Positions 20,812 through 35,420 of a stretch of 64,000 nucleotides of DNA are shown piece by piece. A program made the translations under genes and the position numbers. The notes under the pieces are model-generated. The model did not search any database, was not told the DNA's origin, and saw nothing but the letters and a program-made list of their open reading frames with translations. Position 1 is the stretch's first letter. The number at the start of each line of letters is the position of its first letter. The stretch covers positions 1,783,813-1,847,812 of the forward strand of contig OZ252018.1 in assembly GCA_965247535.1 (NCBI GenBank), read 5' to 3'. The stretch is from Dehalococcoidia bacterium. Its GTDB lineage: Bacteria > Chloroflexota > Dehalococcoidia > Lucifugimonadales > UBA2985.

Positions 20812-22161
20812 TTGGAGGGCGTCATCAGCGCCGACGGAGACCAGACTGCGGTTGATGCGAGCCGCTCTTCACCACGCCTGGGACCTCTGCGCGCCTTCTC
20901 CTATCCTCAGTTCCGCATCTTCTGGGCCGCCTCCCTGGTCTCTATCACCTCCTTCTTCATGACCATGATCGCCCGCGGGTGGCTGATCTTGGAGATGACC
21001 GACTCTTCCTTCATGGTGACGGCGATCAACGCCATTGGCATGGCGCCCATGCTGGCGTTCTCGGTGTTCGGCGGCGCCATCGCCGACCGGGCGAACCGCA
21101 AGGTCGTGCTGATCGTGAGCGACGTATTCAACTTCGTCATCGTCCTTGCGCTGGCCGTCCTCATCCTGGCGGACGTTGTCGAGGTGTGGCACGTGTTTGC
21201 GCTCACCGCGCTTCACGGCGTAGGCTTCTCGCTTGGGATGCCGGCCAGGGCGGCGTCCGTGGGAAACCTTGTGGAGCGGCAGGACCTGGCGAGCGGCGTA
21301 GCGCTCTTCACCACGATATTCAGCTCAGCCCAGTTGGTTGGTCCGGCGCTGGCCGGCTACCTTCTGGCGGAGTTCAGCATGGGATTCCCGTTTGCGGTGG
21401 CCTGTGTGGTGCTGGCGCCCGCGCTGGTGCTGCTACTCATGCTCAGGATGCCAGGACTGCCGAGAGTGGAGGGCGCCCCACCGCAGCGTGCTTCCGTGCT
21501 CGGAAGCATCGGCCAGGGGCTGGGCTTTGTGAGGAACAGCAAGGTTCTCATGGGGCTGATGTTGATGGGAACGGTCACGACGGTGTTCGCAATGCCGTAC
21601 CAGACCCTGCTACCGGTGTTTGCCAGGGACATTCTCCAAGCGGGGGAGAGCGGTCTGGGCTGGCTTGGCGCGATGGGCGGACTTGGAGCCATTGCGGGGT
21701 CCTTTTCCGTTGCAGCGTTCAGCAGCCCCAGGCAGATGAAGCTGCTGATGCTCGTAGGAGGCGTGGGGCTGGGCGTCTTCCTGGCCATGTTCGCCCTGTC
21801 CAAGATATTCCTGCTTTCGCTTGTGCTTGTGCTGGTGGTTGGCTACCTATTCCAGATCTTCATGACCAGCAACTTCACTCTGGTGCAGATTATCTCGCCC
21901 GACTACATAAGGGGTCGGGTGCTGAGCATACGCATGATAGCCGTGGGGATCGGCCCCGCAGGGATGGTGATGCTCGGGGCGGCCGCCGAGAGGTGGGGCG
22001 CCGACAAGGCTACCGCTGTGATGGGCCTGGCCTCGACGGTGCTGCTGCTGATAGTCCTGTTGTCGATTTCGTCGGTGCGGCGCGTGGAACGGGAGTTGGG
22101 GGTTGAGCCGGCGGCCACGGCACAGGCACAGGCTGGCGTCGCCGCGGAGGCCGCGGAGTGA
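20812..22161 (+). CDS. MFS transporter
   Basis: 449 aa with about 12 hydrophobic segments and an MFS loop motif GGAIADRANRK. The start codon (TTG at 20812) is uncertain. Confidence 0.8.
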   Translation: MEGVISADGDQTAVDASRSSPRLGPLRAFSYPQFRIFWAASLVSITSFFMTMIARGWLILEMTDSSFMVTAINAIGMAPMLAFSVFGGAIADRANRKVVLIVSDVFNFVIVLALAVLILADVVEVWHVFALTALHGVGFSLGMPARAASVGNLVERQDLASGVALFTTIFSSAQLVGPALAGYLLAEFSMGFPFAVACVVLAPALVLLLMLRMPGLPRVEGAPPQRASVLGSIGQGLGFVRNSKVLMGLMLMGTVTTVFAMPYQTLLPVFARDILQAGESGLGWLGAMGGLGAIAGSFSVAAFSSPRQMKLLMLVGGVGLGVFLAMFALSKIFLLSLVLVLVVGYLFQIFMTSNFTLVQIISPDYIRGRVLSIRMIAVGIGPAGMVMLGAAAERWGADKATAVMGLASTVLLLIVLLSISSVRRVERELGVEPAATAQAQAGVAAEAAE

Positions 22162-22195
22162 CGCCTGTGCGGCGTCCGCGTCCTGAGGCGCGGCG

Positions 22196-23179
22196 CTAGC
22201 CCGCAAACGTCTTGCGGTAGAGCGGATCGTAGAAGACCGCCTCGAAGCCGCAGGACTGGTACAGGCCCATTGCCGGCACGTTGAGCGGATGGGTGCTCAC
22301 CACCGCTGCCTCGGCGCCAAGTGACCTCAAACGCCGCATCCCCTCGAGCATGGCCGCGCGAGTGAGACCACGCTGTCGAAAGTCCGGGTGGCATCCCACC
22401 GGCTCGAACTCGCCCACGCGGTTCTCCGAGTCCAGCCAGCAGGTGCAACACGCTGCGAGGTCGCCGTTCGCCGCCTCCACCACGATGTCAAGCTCGCGGC
22501 GGTATCCCGGCAGCCTCATTATGTTCCTGTAGATCCGCGTCCGCCGCTCGATTTCGGCGGTTTCTGCAGCCGGCGCTCTGCGGCCCGCCGGTCGGCCGGG
22601 CATGTCGAAGTCCAGGTTGGCGAACGCCTCGCGCTGCACCATCGTGCGGGCGGTGGCCTCGTGCTCACCGGCCACCTCGCGCACCACGAACCCGTCCGGC
22701 GGAGCGCTCGGCTCCAGCGCGTCGAGTGACCGCCAGAAGAGAGGCACGCCTTTTACGCTGTCGTCGTGCCGGAATCCCCTCGCCTCCAGAAGCGCCTGCC
22801 AGTGCGGGTTCTCGTAGCTGCCCGTCTCCAGCGTGGACGCGCCTCCCTCAGGAGCGGCCTGTAGCTGGTGCGTCTCCTCGAGCCACGCCAGCATCTCCTC
22901 CTCGATGCCCCGGCGGCGGTGGTTCGGGTGTACTAGCACGTCGCCGGAGTCCGGTCCGTCCAGCCACGCGAATCCCACGCCGCCGCCGTCGTCGCCGGTC
23001 CACAGCCTGATCGAGGGATTCGGTACGTCCGGAGTCTCTTCGCGGCCGAGGCCCAGGAACCACCACACGTCACCCACGTGGAAGCGGTTGCGAGGCCAGT
23101 CGTGAATCCAGGAAATGGAGACCAGGCCGAGCATGGCGGCCAAGTCTGAAAGCCCTGAGTATTCGTGAGATGTGTACAT
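22196..23179 (-). CDS. GNAT family N-acetyltransferase (two acetyltransferase-like halves)
   Basis: Two acetyl-CoA-binding-type motifs: VHPNHRRRGIEEEM and CHPDFRQRGLTRAAM..GMYQSCGF-like. Confidence 0.75.
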   Translation of the reverse strand: MYTSHEYSGLSDLAAMLGLVSISWIHDWPRNRFHVGDVWWFLGLGREETPDVPNPSIRLWTGDDGGGVGFAWLDGPDSGDVLVHPNHRRRGIEEEMLAWLEETHQLQAAPEGGASTLETGSYENPHWQALLEARGFRHDDSVKGVPLFWRSLDALEPSAPPDGFVVREVAGEHEATARTMVQREAFANLDFDMPGRPAGRRAPAAETAEIERRTRIYRNIMRLPGYRRELDIVVEAANGDLAACCTCWLDSENRVGEFEPVGCHPDFRQRGLTRAAMLEGMRRLRSLGAEAAVVSTHPLNVPAMGLYQSCGFEAVFYDPLYRKTFAG

Positions 23180-23196
23180 AACTTGTGCCAGCCTCG

Positions 23197-23754
23197 CTAG
23201 TTGTAGTGGTTCATCGCCCGCTCCAGGCCGTGGGAGATGACGTCAAGCGCAGCGTCCTCGGCCGCGGACAGGGCGTCCCGGAGGGCAGGTTGCTCATCCT
23301 TGTCGAAACTGCCGAGCACGTGCTCCACGCCACCTTCGTCCGGCGACGGGCGGCCGATACCGATCCGCATCCGGGGCACGTCCTGGCTGCCAAGCGCATC
23401 GATTATCGACTGCATTCCGCGATGGCCCCCTGCGCTGCCTGCCGCTCGTATGCGCAGCTTCCCCAAAGGCAGGTCCATGTCGTCGTAGACGATGAGCATG
23501 TCGGGCAGGGCCACGCCGAAACGGGCCACTAGGTAGGCCAGGGCATCGCCGCTGCGATTCATGTAGGTTCGCGGCTTGGCCAGCACGACGGACTCACGCT
23601 CGACTTGGCCTCGCCCCAGCACGACACTGCTGCGCCGCTCCGTTAGCGGGATGCCGGAGCGGCTGCTCAGGCCGTCCACGCACATGAACCCCACGTTGTG
23701 CCTGGACCGCGCGTAGCCGCGGCCGGGGTTGCCCAGCCCGACTATGAGCTTCAT
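23197..23754 (-). CDS. pth: peptidyl-tRNA hydrolase
   Basis: MKLIVGLGNPGRGYARSRHNVGF from the ATG at 23754. An upstream in-frame ATG at 23772 is also possible. Confidence 0.93.
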   Translation of the reverse strand: MKLIVGLGNPGRGYARSRHNVGFMCVDGLSSRSGIPLTERRSSVVLGRGQVERESVVLAKPRTYMNRSGDALAYLVARFGVALPDMLIVYDDMDLPLGKLRIRAAGSAGGHRGMQSIIDALGSQDVPRMRIGIGRPSPDEGGVEHVLGSFDKDEQPALRDALSAAEDAALDVISHGLERAMNHYN

Positions 23755-23797
23755 GGAGTGACGTGCCTCCATGGGCGAGGGCTGACGCGCACGGTAG

Positions 23798-27173
<3,376 letters not shown>

Positions 27174-27312
27174 CTCGCAGCCGGATGGAATTGGGCACGG
27201 TGCAAGTATAGCGTTAGCGATTCGGGCCGTCTACCGACCCTGGAGACCGCTCGTGTGCGGTACGGCAGTTGCAGATATTCGCCGGCGGAGCTCGTTCGAC
27301 CCGCGGGCCGGC

Positions 27313-28557
27313 TCATCGTGGGCGACCGCTCTCGCCACTGACTGTCAGCCCTTTCGAGCCGAGCGGGCGCGTCGCCGCTCGCCCGGCCGCGGCAACCGGC
27401 GGAACGCACAGGAGCACAAGCGCGGCAGCCGCAAGGAAGGGATAGCCGGCAAAGTCACTGGGAAGCTCGGCCAGTCTGCCGCTGCCGGTTGCTCCCACAA
27501 CCACGCCCAGGGAGTAGACCGCGTAGAAGATGCCGAACGCCGTCCCGCGCCGCTCCGACCCGGTCGCAGCAGTGGCCATGGCGGCGGAGGCCGGGAACAC
27601 CAGGCCATACCCCAGGCCGAAGAGCGCCATGCCGACCAGTATGGCTGTGTAACCCTCCGAGACGCCGAGCGCAACAAGCCCTCCGGCAACCACGACCAGG
27701 CCGATGGACAGCGGCAGTACCCGGCCGTATCTGTCTCCGGCGCGGCTGGTGGGGCTTGCCATCACAATCATGGCGACCAGCGCATATACGGCGAAACCGT
27801 AGCCGGTCCTGGCCGCGGACTCGCCCAGGTCCTCGATGAGCATGGGCAGGTGGGTGACCAGTGCCCCCACGCCCACGGCAATGGCGAAGCCTGCGCCGCA
27901 CGCCGACCACATGGCGGCCTTCTGCCACGGAGCGCCACCCCCTGCCGCTGGACGCGCCGAATCAGTGGGGGCAGCATCCAGCGTCTCGCCGCGGGTAGCC
28001 AGGATGAATACGGACAGGGTTGTGAGAAGTATCGCAGCGTCCACCATGAAGACCGCATCGGCGCCGAAGGCATCGCGCAGGATGCCGGCGGCGGGAGGGC
28101 CGGTCAGGGCCGCCAGGGCAATGAGCGCGCCGGTGAAGCCCATCGCCTGCCCGCGCCTGTCGTTGGGCGCCCGGTCGCCGACGATGGAGAATGCGCCTGG
28201 GGCAAGAACGGCCGCGCCAAGGCCGTGAATCGCTCTCACGGCCATGAGCTGCCCTGGGGATTGGACCAGCGAGTAGGACAGCACGGCCGCGACGGAGATT
28301 GCCATGCCCGCAATCATGGGGCCGCGCCTGCCCAACCTGTCGAGCAGGGGGCCGGCGCCCAGGTTGCCAAACAGGTTCGTGAAGGAGTAGGCGGCTACGG
28401 CGATGCCGGCAATCGCAGCGGACGCGCCGAGAGACTCGGCGTAGGGCGCAATGGTGGGGAACTGCATGAACAGGTCGAGGAACACGGCCAGGACGACGAG
28501 CCGCGCCACCCACGTTGTCCGCCGCGTACCGCTCGAAGTGTGGGTTGTGGCTGACAT
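27313..28557 (-). CDS. MFS transporter
   Basis: 414 aa with about 12 TM segments and an MFS loop motif GPLLDRLGRRGP. Confidence 0.8.
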   Translation of the reverse strand: MSATTHTSSGTRRTTWVARLVVLAVFLDLFMQFPTIAPYAESLGASAAIAGIAVAAYSFTNLFGNLGAGPLLDRLGRRGPMIAGMAISVAAVLSYSLVQSPGQLMAVRAIHGLGAAVLAPGAFSIVGDRAPNDRRGQAMGFTGALIALAALTGPPAAGILRDAFGADAVFMVDAAILLTTLSVFILATRGETLDAAPTDSARPAAGGGAPWQKAAMWSACGAGFAIAVGVGALVTHLPMLIEDLGESAARTGYGFAVYALVAMIVMASPTSRAGDRYGRVLPLSIGLVVVAGGLVALGVSEGYTAILVGMALFGLGYGLVFPASAAMATAATGSERRGTAFGIFYAVYSLGVVVGATGSGRLAELPSDFAGYPFLAAAALVLLCVPPVAAAGRAATRPLGSKGLTVSGESGRPR

Positions 28558-28773
28558 GATTGCTACCCGCTCGTTTTCCGGTGCCTGTCCTGGGTCCTGC
28601 AGCGCAAGTCAATGACGCTCCAGACCGTAGCGTCCATTGTAGCACGGCGCCCAGCGCGGGCGCATACGGCGAGAGAGAGCGCGGTCTGCGGAGCCGCGGT
28701 TGGAGGATGCGAAGCGCGCTGGATTGAACATCGCGAAGAGGCCTGGGTGTGAGGGCGAAATCCGCCACGGCAC

Positions 28774-28803
28774 TTGACAGTTGGCTCCTGAATTTCCTAT
28801 ACT
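28774..28803 (+). promoter_or_regulatory. sigma70-type promoter of groES-groEL
   Basis: TTGACA (28774-28779), an 18-nt spacer, then TATACT (28798-28803), immediately upstream of the CIRCE element. Confidence 0.6.
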
Positions 28804-28813
28804 TCGCCAGGAA

Positions 28814-28840
28814 TTAGCAGTCTATCCATGAGACTGCTAG
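28814..28840. promoter_or_regulatory. CIRCE-like operator (HrcA binding-site type)
   Basis: TTAGCAGTC-N9-GACTGCTAG, compared with the CIRCE consensus TTAGCACTC-N9-GAGTGCTAA. It sits between the promoter and groES. Confidence 0.7.
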
Positions 28841-28887
28841 TTTGCGCGAAATTCGCCAGGAGCATAGAGCACAAGGAGGTACTGAAG

Positions 28888-29181
28888 GTGGCGCGTACGT
28901 TTCAACCACTCGGAGACCGGGTGATCGTCAAGCCTGTTGAGCGGGAAGAGGTCTCCGCCGGCGGCATCGTCCTACCTGATTCGGCCCAGGAAAAGCCTCA
29001 GGAAGGCGAAGTCGTGGCCGTGGGACCGGGCCGCGCCGGCGACGACGGCAACCGCATAGCAATGGAAGCCCAGGTCGGCGACATAGTAGTCTATTCGAAG
29101 TATGCCGGCAGCGAGCTCAAGGAAGAAGGGCAGGACTATCTGGTCCTGCGCGAGAGCGATATTCTGGCCAAGGTATCCTAG
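28888..29181 (+). CDS. groES: co-chaperonin GroES
   Basis: GTG at 28888 lies 7 nt after AAGGAGGT. The protein begins [28 protein letters not shown]. 97 aa. Confidence 0.93.
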   Translation: MARTFQPLGDRVIVKPVEREEVSAGGIVLPDSAQEKPQEGEVVAVGPGRAGDDGNRIAMEAQVGDIVVYSKYAGSELKEEGQDYLVLRESDILAKVS

Positions 29182-29210
29182 CCACAACCTGTCTAACCCG
29201 GGAGGTATAA

Positions 29211-30824
<1,614 letters not shown>

Positions 30825-30868
30825 GGAGCGCTTCGGAAGAAAGCTTCGGCTTGGCAGAGAAGCACAAA

Positions 30869-30907
30869 GGAGAGGGACGCTCGCTTGAGCGTCCCTCTCC
30901 TGTTTTT
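30869..30907 (+). terminator. rho-independent terminator after groEL
   Basis: ggagagggacgc (30869-30880) pairs with gcgtccctctcc (30889-30900) and is followed by tgttttt. Confidence 0.7.
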
Positions 30908-30933
30908 GGGGGGCCGCCGCCACTGTCTTTCCG

Positions 30934-31201
30934 AGCCCTTCGGCGACACTCAGGGTAAACTCCGCGCAGCGGAGTCGAGGAATCCATGACGCCCCGGGTA
31001 GGTACACGCTCTGCACAACGTCACCTCCTCTCACCCTCCTCTCCCGCGGAGCTTGTCCCGCACGTGATGCGGGAACATGAGTCCAGAGGCTCGGGCGGGT
31101 CGCAAACTGTACCGCTCATCCTGAGCTTGTCGAAGGGCATGAGCGGACTGCGTTCTCGGTCGTCGGCACGCTCATGGTGAGCCTGTCGAACCATTTGAGC
31201 G
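30934..31201. repeat. cluster of REP-like palindromic units
   Basis: Units at 31112-31145 (ccgctcatcctgagcttgtcgaagggcatgagcgg) and 31169-31201 (cgctcatggtgagcctgtcgaaccatttgagcg, the reverse orientation of the 18283 unit). Related hairpins lie at about 30934-30975 and about 31043-31075. Confidence 0.6.
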
Positions 31202-31232
31202 TGCCGGAGGCGTCAGGGGTGGTGGCCCGCCC

Positions 31233-32189
31233 TCACTCCGACGTAATGCGGGCCGAGGCCATCCTTCGGGCACGTATCGCCTGCCGCAGCAGGAACACCA
31301 CGCCGCCCAGTACCACGATGCTCAGGTAGCTTATCGAGCGGTCCAGCAGCGCCACGGACACCGCCTCGCTGCGGGCAAGGCTCAGCGTCAGCAGCCCAAC
31401 TATGCCGGGCTCCACGATGCCCAAACCGCCGGGGGTGATGGGCACCGTGGTCAATATGGCGTTGGCCAGCGTAACGAACACCACCAGCGAGAAACTGGCT
31501 GTGCTGGTCAGGTCCAGGGACTGGATCACGAAGTACAGCCTCCCCACCTCCGTGAGCCACGTCAGCAAGCTGATGAACAGCAGCAACGGCAGCTGGCGGA
31601 AGCTCCCCATTGCACCCTCGTGGAAGCGCACGTACGCCTCCCGGAAGCGGTTCGGGAGCAGGCGGGCCAGTCGCATACCGAATCGCTTCATCACCAGTAT
31701 TCCGGCCACCCCCACCAGCACCAGCAGCGAGGCGATTCCGAGAAACAGCGCTGTGCCGCTCAGGTCTCCCACCCACGAGAGGGCCAGTGCGGCCACAACC
31801 AGCAGCACGAAGATCGTCACCACGTCCAGTACTCGCTCCGCTAGGATCGTTCCCATTGTTCGCGGGAAGCTGTGTCCGGTGTCCTCGGTGAATACGTATG
31901 CCCGGTAGGCGTCTCCCAGGCGGAACCACGTTATGGCGTTGGCGAACCAGCCCAGGAAGATGTACTGCGAACAGGCCAGGACGGACGGAAGCTCTGCGGG
32001 TGATTCCTCGTCCGTTTGCGAGCTGCGAAGCATGATGCGCCATCGCAGTCCCCTGAGTATGAAGCCTACGTAGTACGAGGCGAAGGCGGCCCCGTACAGC
32101 AGGAGGTCGCTGGCCCTCAGCTTGTCCCACGTGTCCGTCCAGCTCACGTCGAAGCGAATGGCGAGGAATGCCAGGAAGAACGCCGCCAC
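31233..32189 (-). CDS. UPF0104 / lysylphosphatidylglycerol-synthase-TM-like (flippase-like) membrane protein
   Basis: 318 aa polytopic membrane protein. The early LRGLRWRIML motif is typical of this family. Confidence 0.65.
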   Translation of the reverse strand: MAAFFLAFLAIRFDVSWTDTWDKLRASDLLLYGAAFASYYVGFILRGLRWRIMLRSSQTDEESPAELPSVLACSQYIFLGWFANAITWFRLGDAYRAYVFTEDTGHSFPRTMGTILAERVLDVVTIFVLLVVAALALSWVGDLSGTALFLGIASLLVLVGVAGILVMKRFGMRLARLLPNRFREAYVRFHEGAMGSFRQLPLLLFISLLTWLTEVGRLYFVIQSLDLTSTASFSLVVFVTLANAILTTVPITPGGLGIVEPGIVGLLTLSLARSEAVSVALLDRSISYLSIVVLGGVVFLLRQAIRARRMASARITSE

Positions 32190-32311
32190 GCCGAACGATA
32201 CCAGCGTCGGCAGCGACAGGACGCGTCGCTTCAGCGATATGGACCGGCCCCCGTTTTCGGGTGGCCGCTTCGCTTCAGGAATGGTCTCGTCTCCTCATCT
32301 CGACGTGTACG

Positions 32312-33064
32312 TTAGAGCGGGCGCTTGGCCGGCATGCCCGGTCGCCGCGGGTAGGCCGGCGGCGTCGGAGAGACCTTCGTCAGCACCACCAGGCACCGCG
32401 GCTCGCCCAGCTCGTCAAGGTCCACCGGCACTACGGCCTCGAGACGGCCGCCAAGGACCTCGATCGCCCGCTCCGCGCGGCTGAGCTCGTCACCCACGTC
32501 CAGCTTCTTCTGCGCGATCACCCTGCCGCCGACCCGGCACAGCGGCAGCGCCAGCTCGGCCAGCGTGTCCATCTCAGCCACGGCGCGGGCCGTCACCACG
32601 TCGAACGCCTCTCGCAGGTGTGGCCGACGTGCCAGCGTCTCGGCTCGCTCCGCCAGAACGTCCACGTCCTCCAGGCCCAGCGAGCATGTCGCGTGGCGAA
32701 GGAAGGCGGCCTTCTTCCCGATCGACTCCACGAGCGAAACGCGCAGGCCTGGACTCGCGATCTTCAGGGGCAGTCCAGGGAATCCGGCGCCGCTCCCCGC
32801 GTCCGCCAGCGCGCCGCCGTCAAGGGCGTCTTCGGGGATGGCCTGCAGCACCGATAGGGAGTCCAGGAAGTGCTTCGACTGAACGTCCTGGCAACCGGAG
32901 ATTCTCGTGAGGTTGATGCGCGAGTTCCACTCCACCAGATTTCGGTAGTAGCGACGGAACTGCGCCAGCTGCGCCTCATCGAGGCGAAGGCCAAGGCGCG
33001 CCGCGCCTGCGATGAGCGCCTCCACGTGGGCTGGGCCTCCTTCCGTGCTCCGGTGTGCCTGCAA
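32312..33064 (-). CDS. rsmG: 16S rRNA (guanine527-N7)-methyltransferase
   Basis: NLTRI..SKHFLDSL and the SAM motif DAGSGAGFPGLPLKI. Confidence 0.88.
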   Translation of the reverse strand: MQAHRSTEGGPAHVEALIAGAARLGLRLDEAQLAQFRRYYRNLVEWNSRINLTRISGCQDVQSKHFLDSLSVLQAIPEDALDGGALADAGSGAGFPGLPLKIASPGLRVSLVESIGKKAAFLRHATCSLGLEDVDVLAERAETLARRPHLREAFDVVTARAVAEMDTLAELALPLCRVGGRVIAQKKLDVGDELSRAERAIEVLGGRLEAVVPVDLDELGEPRCLVVLTKVSPTPPAYPRRPGMPAKRPL

Positions 33065-33156
33065 GCTGCGGCATTATAGCATTGCATGGCGCGGAAGTCA
33101 TTTGCGGTGAGTTACCGCCGCGCAGCCCGCTCCTTGTGGGGGTAAACGCCACCTGG

Positions 33157-33193
33157 CCCGCTCACGCCCTTCGACAGGCTCAGGGTGAGCGGG
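33157..33193. repeat. REP-like palindromic unit
   Basis: cccgctcacgcccttcgacaggctcagggtgagcggg with terminal inverted repeats cccgctca/tgagcggg. Confidence 0.6.
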
Positions 33194-33228
33194 CCGGAAC
33201 GGCCGCAGTACCGCCTCGCGAGGACCAC

Positions 33229-34653
33229 TTACATCCTGCGCCGCCTCGCTCGGAACACGAGCGCCAGCGCGCCGGCCACACCGAAGAATGCGAGTAACCC
33301 ACTGGCCACCAAGACGCCGGACGAACGCCACAGATCTGATTCCCGGTAGGTATGAAGCTGCACCGTAACGCTCGCCTGTAAGTCGTTGGCCTGCTCGCCT
33401 TGGCGCAGACGGCCGTCGCTCTCTACCTCGCGGTGCAGGACAACGCCGTCTCTCGCCATGGACGTGAGTGTCCCATCGAGGGCGGATGCGGGCACCAGGA
33501 AGCTGAGGAACGCTTCCTGGCTGTCTTGTCGAATCGTCATGATGACGCGACCCATAGTCCCACCGGACCCGTGCACCAACTCCTGGACGCGGTTCACCGA
33601 ACGCTCGACATCGTCCACTTCCATCTGCAGAGACGCTGAGGGAGAAACGGGCACGGAGCCGGGAGGCAGAACAAAGCTCACGGTAATGGTCGCTAGCGCC
33701 ACGCTGCGCTGTATGAATTCGAGTTGCCCCTGTAATCGCTCGATGTCCGCGCGCACACGACTGAGTTCACGCTCGACTGTGAGCACATCGCTGACGGACA
33801 CTGCCCTGTCGAGCAATTTCAGCAGGCTCTCCTCAGTGCTTCGCTCGCTCCTGAGGCGGGCCTCAAGGTCGATGGCCTCTCCCGTAACGTCCCGCTGGCC
33901 GAGGCTCTGCCCCAAGGGCTTCCCCAGCCGTTCGATGCCGTCGAGCGCATCGAGGAATCGGTCGCTGGGGACACGCACTACGGCAGAGCCGTACTCGGGG
34001 TTGGGGCCTCCCGAGGTGGAGATGTGCTCGACGTAGCCCCCAACAGACTGAACCAGCCCGCGAAGTCGGACGGAGGCCGCGTTAACGTCGATCACCTCAA
34101 GGTCAATCGACGCCTGAGAGATGATCTGTCGCTCGCTAGCCAATTCTTGAGGATTCCCACCGCTGGGTTGGCTGGTCGTGAGAGCGGACTTGGGCCTTTC
34201 CAATGTTGTCGAAGCCTTAGGTGCCGGCGTTGGCTCTGCATGGTTCATTGGATCCATGGCGAGCGATCCGCTGACCGAGACACCACTCGCAAACTGGTTC
34301 CCATCAGGGTCCTCCAGGTAAGAATCGGTGTCGTCGAGGGTTATCGCTTCGAGTGACTCGCCATTGGCCCTCATCCATCGTCCATCCGCCAGAGAGGCCC
34401 CATCCTCACCGCCCGAGAACTGGCCGGTAGCGATTAGTGCTGTGCCTGCTCCCCCCAAGGTCAGCACAACAGCAGCCGCAGCGCCTGCCGCCACTAATCT
34501 CCATCGCCTCAGCCAACCGTCGGAGGACGTGGACGGCGGCTCCAATCTCGGCTCAACGCGTGCCCACAAGTTCTGTGACGCCGGCGCTTCGCTCGCCTCT
34601 GCGAGGAGTGCCTCCCGGATACGGAGTTTGGTGTTGTCATGCTGTTCGCTCAT
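33229..34653 (-). CDS. DUF4349-domain membrane protein, probable anti-sigma factor partner
   Basis: It starts 18 nt after the ECF sigma gene. A TM segment follows the cytoplasmic N-terminus. The C-terminal part (ASIDLEV..VVRVPSDRF..DLEARLRSERSTEESLLKLL..ELSRVRADIERLQG) matches the DUF4349 pattern and is followed by a terminal TM. Confidence 0.7.
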   Translation of the reverse strand: MSEQHDNTKLRIREALLAEASEAPASQNLWARVEPRLEPPSTSSDGWLRRWRLVAAGAAAAVVLTLGGAGTALIATGQFSGGEDGASLADGRWMRANGESLEAITLDDTDSYLEDPDGNQFASGVSVSGSLAMDPMNHAEPTPAPKASTTLERPKSALTTSQPSGGNPQELASERQIISQASIDLEVIDVNAASVRLRGLVQSVGGYVEHISTSGGPNPEYGSAVVRVPSDRFLDALDGIERLGKPLGQSLGQRDVTGEAIDLEARLRSERSTEESLLKLLDRAVSVSDVLTVERELSRVRADIERLQGQLEFIQRSVALATITVSFVLPPGSVPVSPSASLQMEVDDVERSVNRVQELVHGSGGTMGRVIMTIRQDSQEAFLSFLVPASALDGTLTSMARDGVVLHREVESDGRLRQGEQANDLQASVTVQLHTYRESDLWRSSGVLVASGLLAFFGVAGALALVFRARRRRM

Positions 34654-34670
34654 CTCTCAGCCCCTAGTTC

Positions 34671-35189
34671 TCAACTGCCCAGTATCTCTCGCAGTTGCTC
34701 AAGCGCCCTCGCTAGCCGCGACTTGACCGTTCCCTCACGTGTACCCAGGGCGTCTGCCGCTTCTCTCGTGGAGAGGTCCGCGAAGTAGCGGAGCACAACG
34801 ACTCGACGGTGATCGGCGGACAGTTGGCTGAGCGCCCGCCGGACCTCGTTCCGATCATCCGACCGTCCGAACTCCGGATCCGTGCCGCCACCTTCATTGG
34901 CCGCCGATAACGGTTCGACCGGCGCATGGTGGCGAGCCCTCGCGTTGAGCGCCTGGTTGACTGCGACCCGAACCAGCCAGGGCTTCAGTGGCTGGCCGAG
35001 GCGGAACGTCGCGATGCCCTTCCAAGCACGCACGAATGTCTCCTGCACCAGCTCTTCGCTGACCGCCCTGTCGCGCATCATCAGGTAGATTGTGCCCATG
35101 AGCACGTTGCCGTAACGCTCAACAATCGGACGAAACGCTTCACGGTCGCCCAACTGGCAACGCCGGATGGCATCCTGTTCGTCAATCAA
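34671..35189 (-). CDS. ECF-type RNA polymerase sigma factor
   Basis: 172 aa. Region 2 (DRAVSEELVQETFVRAW) and region 4 HTH (VVVLRYFADLSTREAADALGTREGTVKSRLARAL). Confidence 0.9.
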   Translation of the reverse strand: MIDEQDAIRRCQLGDREAFRPIVERYGNVLMGTIYLMMRDRAVSEELVQETFVRAWKGIATFRLGQPLKPWLVRVAVNQALNARARHHAPVEPLSAANEGGGTDPEFGRSDDRNEVRRALSQLSADHRRVVVLRYFADLSTREAADALGTREGTVKSRLARALEQLREILGS

Positions 35190-35403
35190 GCTGTTTTCTC
35201 TCCCGGCTGCCGGAGTCCTTCACTATGATAATACAGGCCATGAGGGTGATCGGTTCCCAAGGAATTGTGGCGCGCGCCGGTGTGGGCAAAAGAGCCGATC
35301 AATTCACTAGCCCGAGTTGGCGAGGCCAGCCAACCTGGGAAGGCTAGCATCGATGGCCCAGCCGTCGCAAGGCAGATGGTCTTGTACTCCCGATTCACCT
35401 GCC

Positions 35404-35420
35404 CCGCTCAAATGGTTCGA
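35404..35420. repeat. truncated REP-like unit (left half only) at the recombinase 3' end
   Basis: ccgctcaaatggttcga is identical (17/17) to 18283-18299 and to the reverse complement of the 31.2-kb unit. Similarity ends abruptly at 35421. Confidence 0.6.
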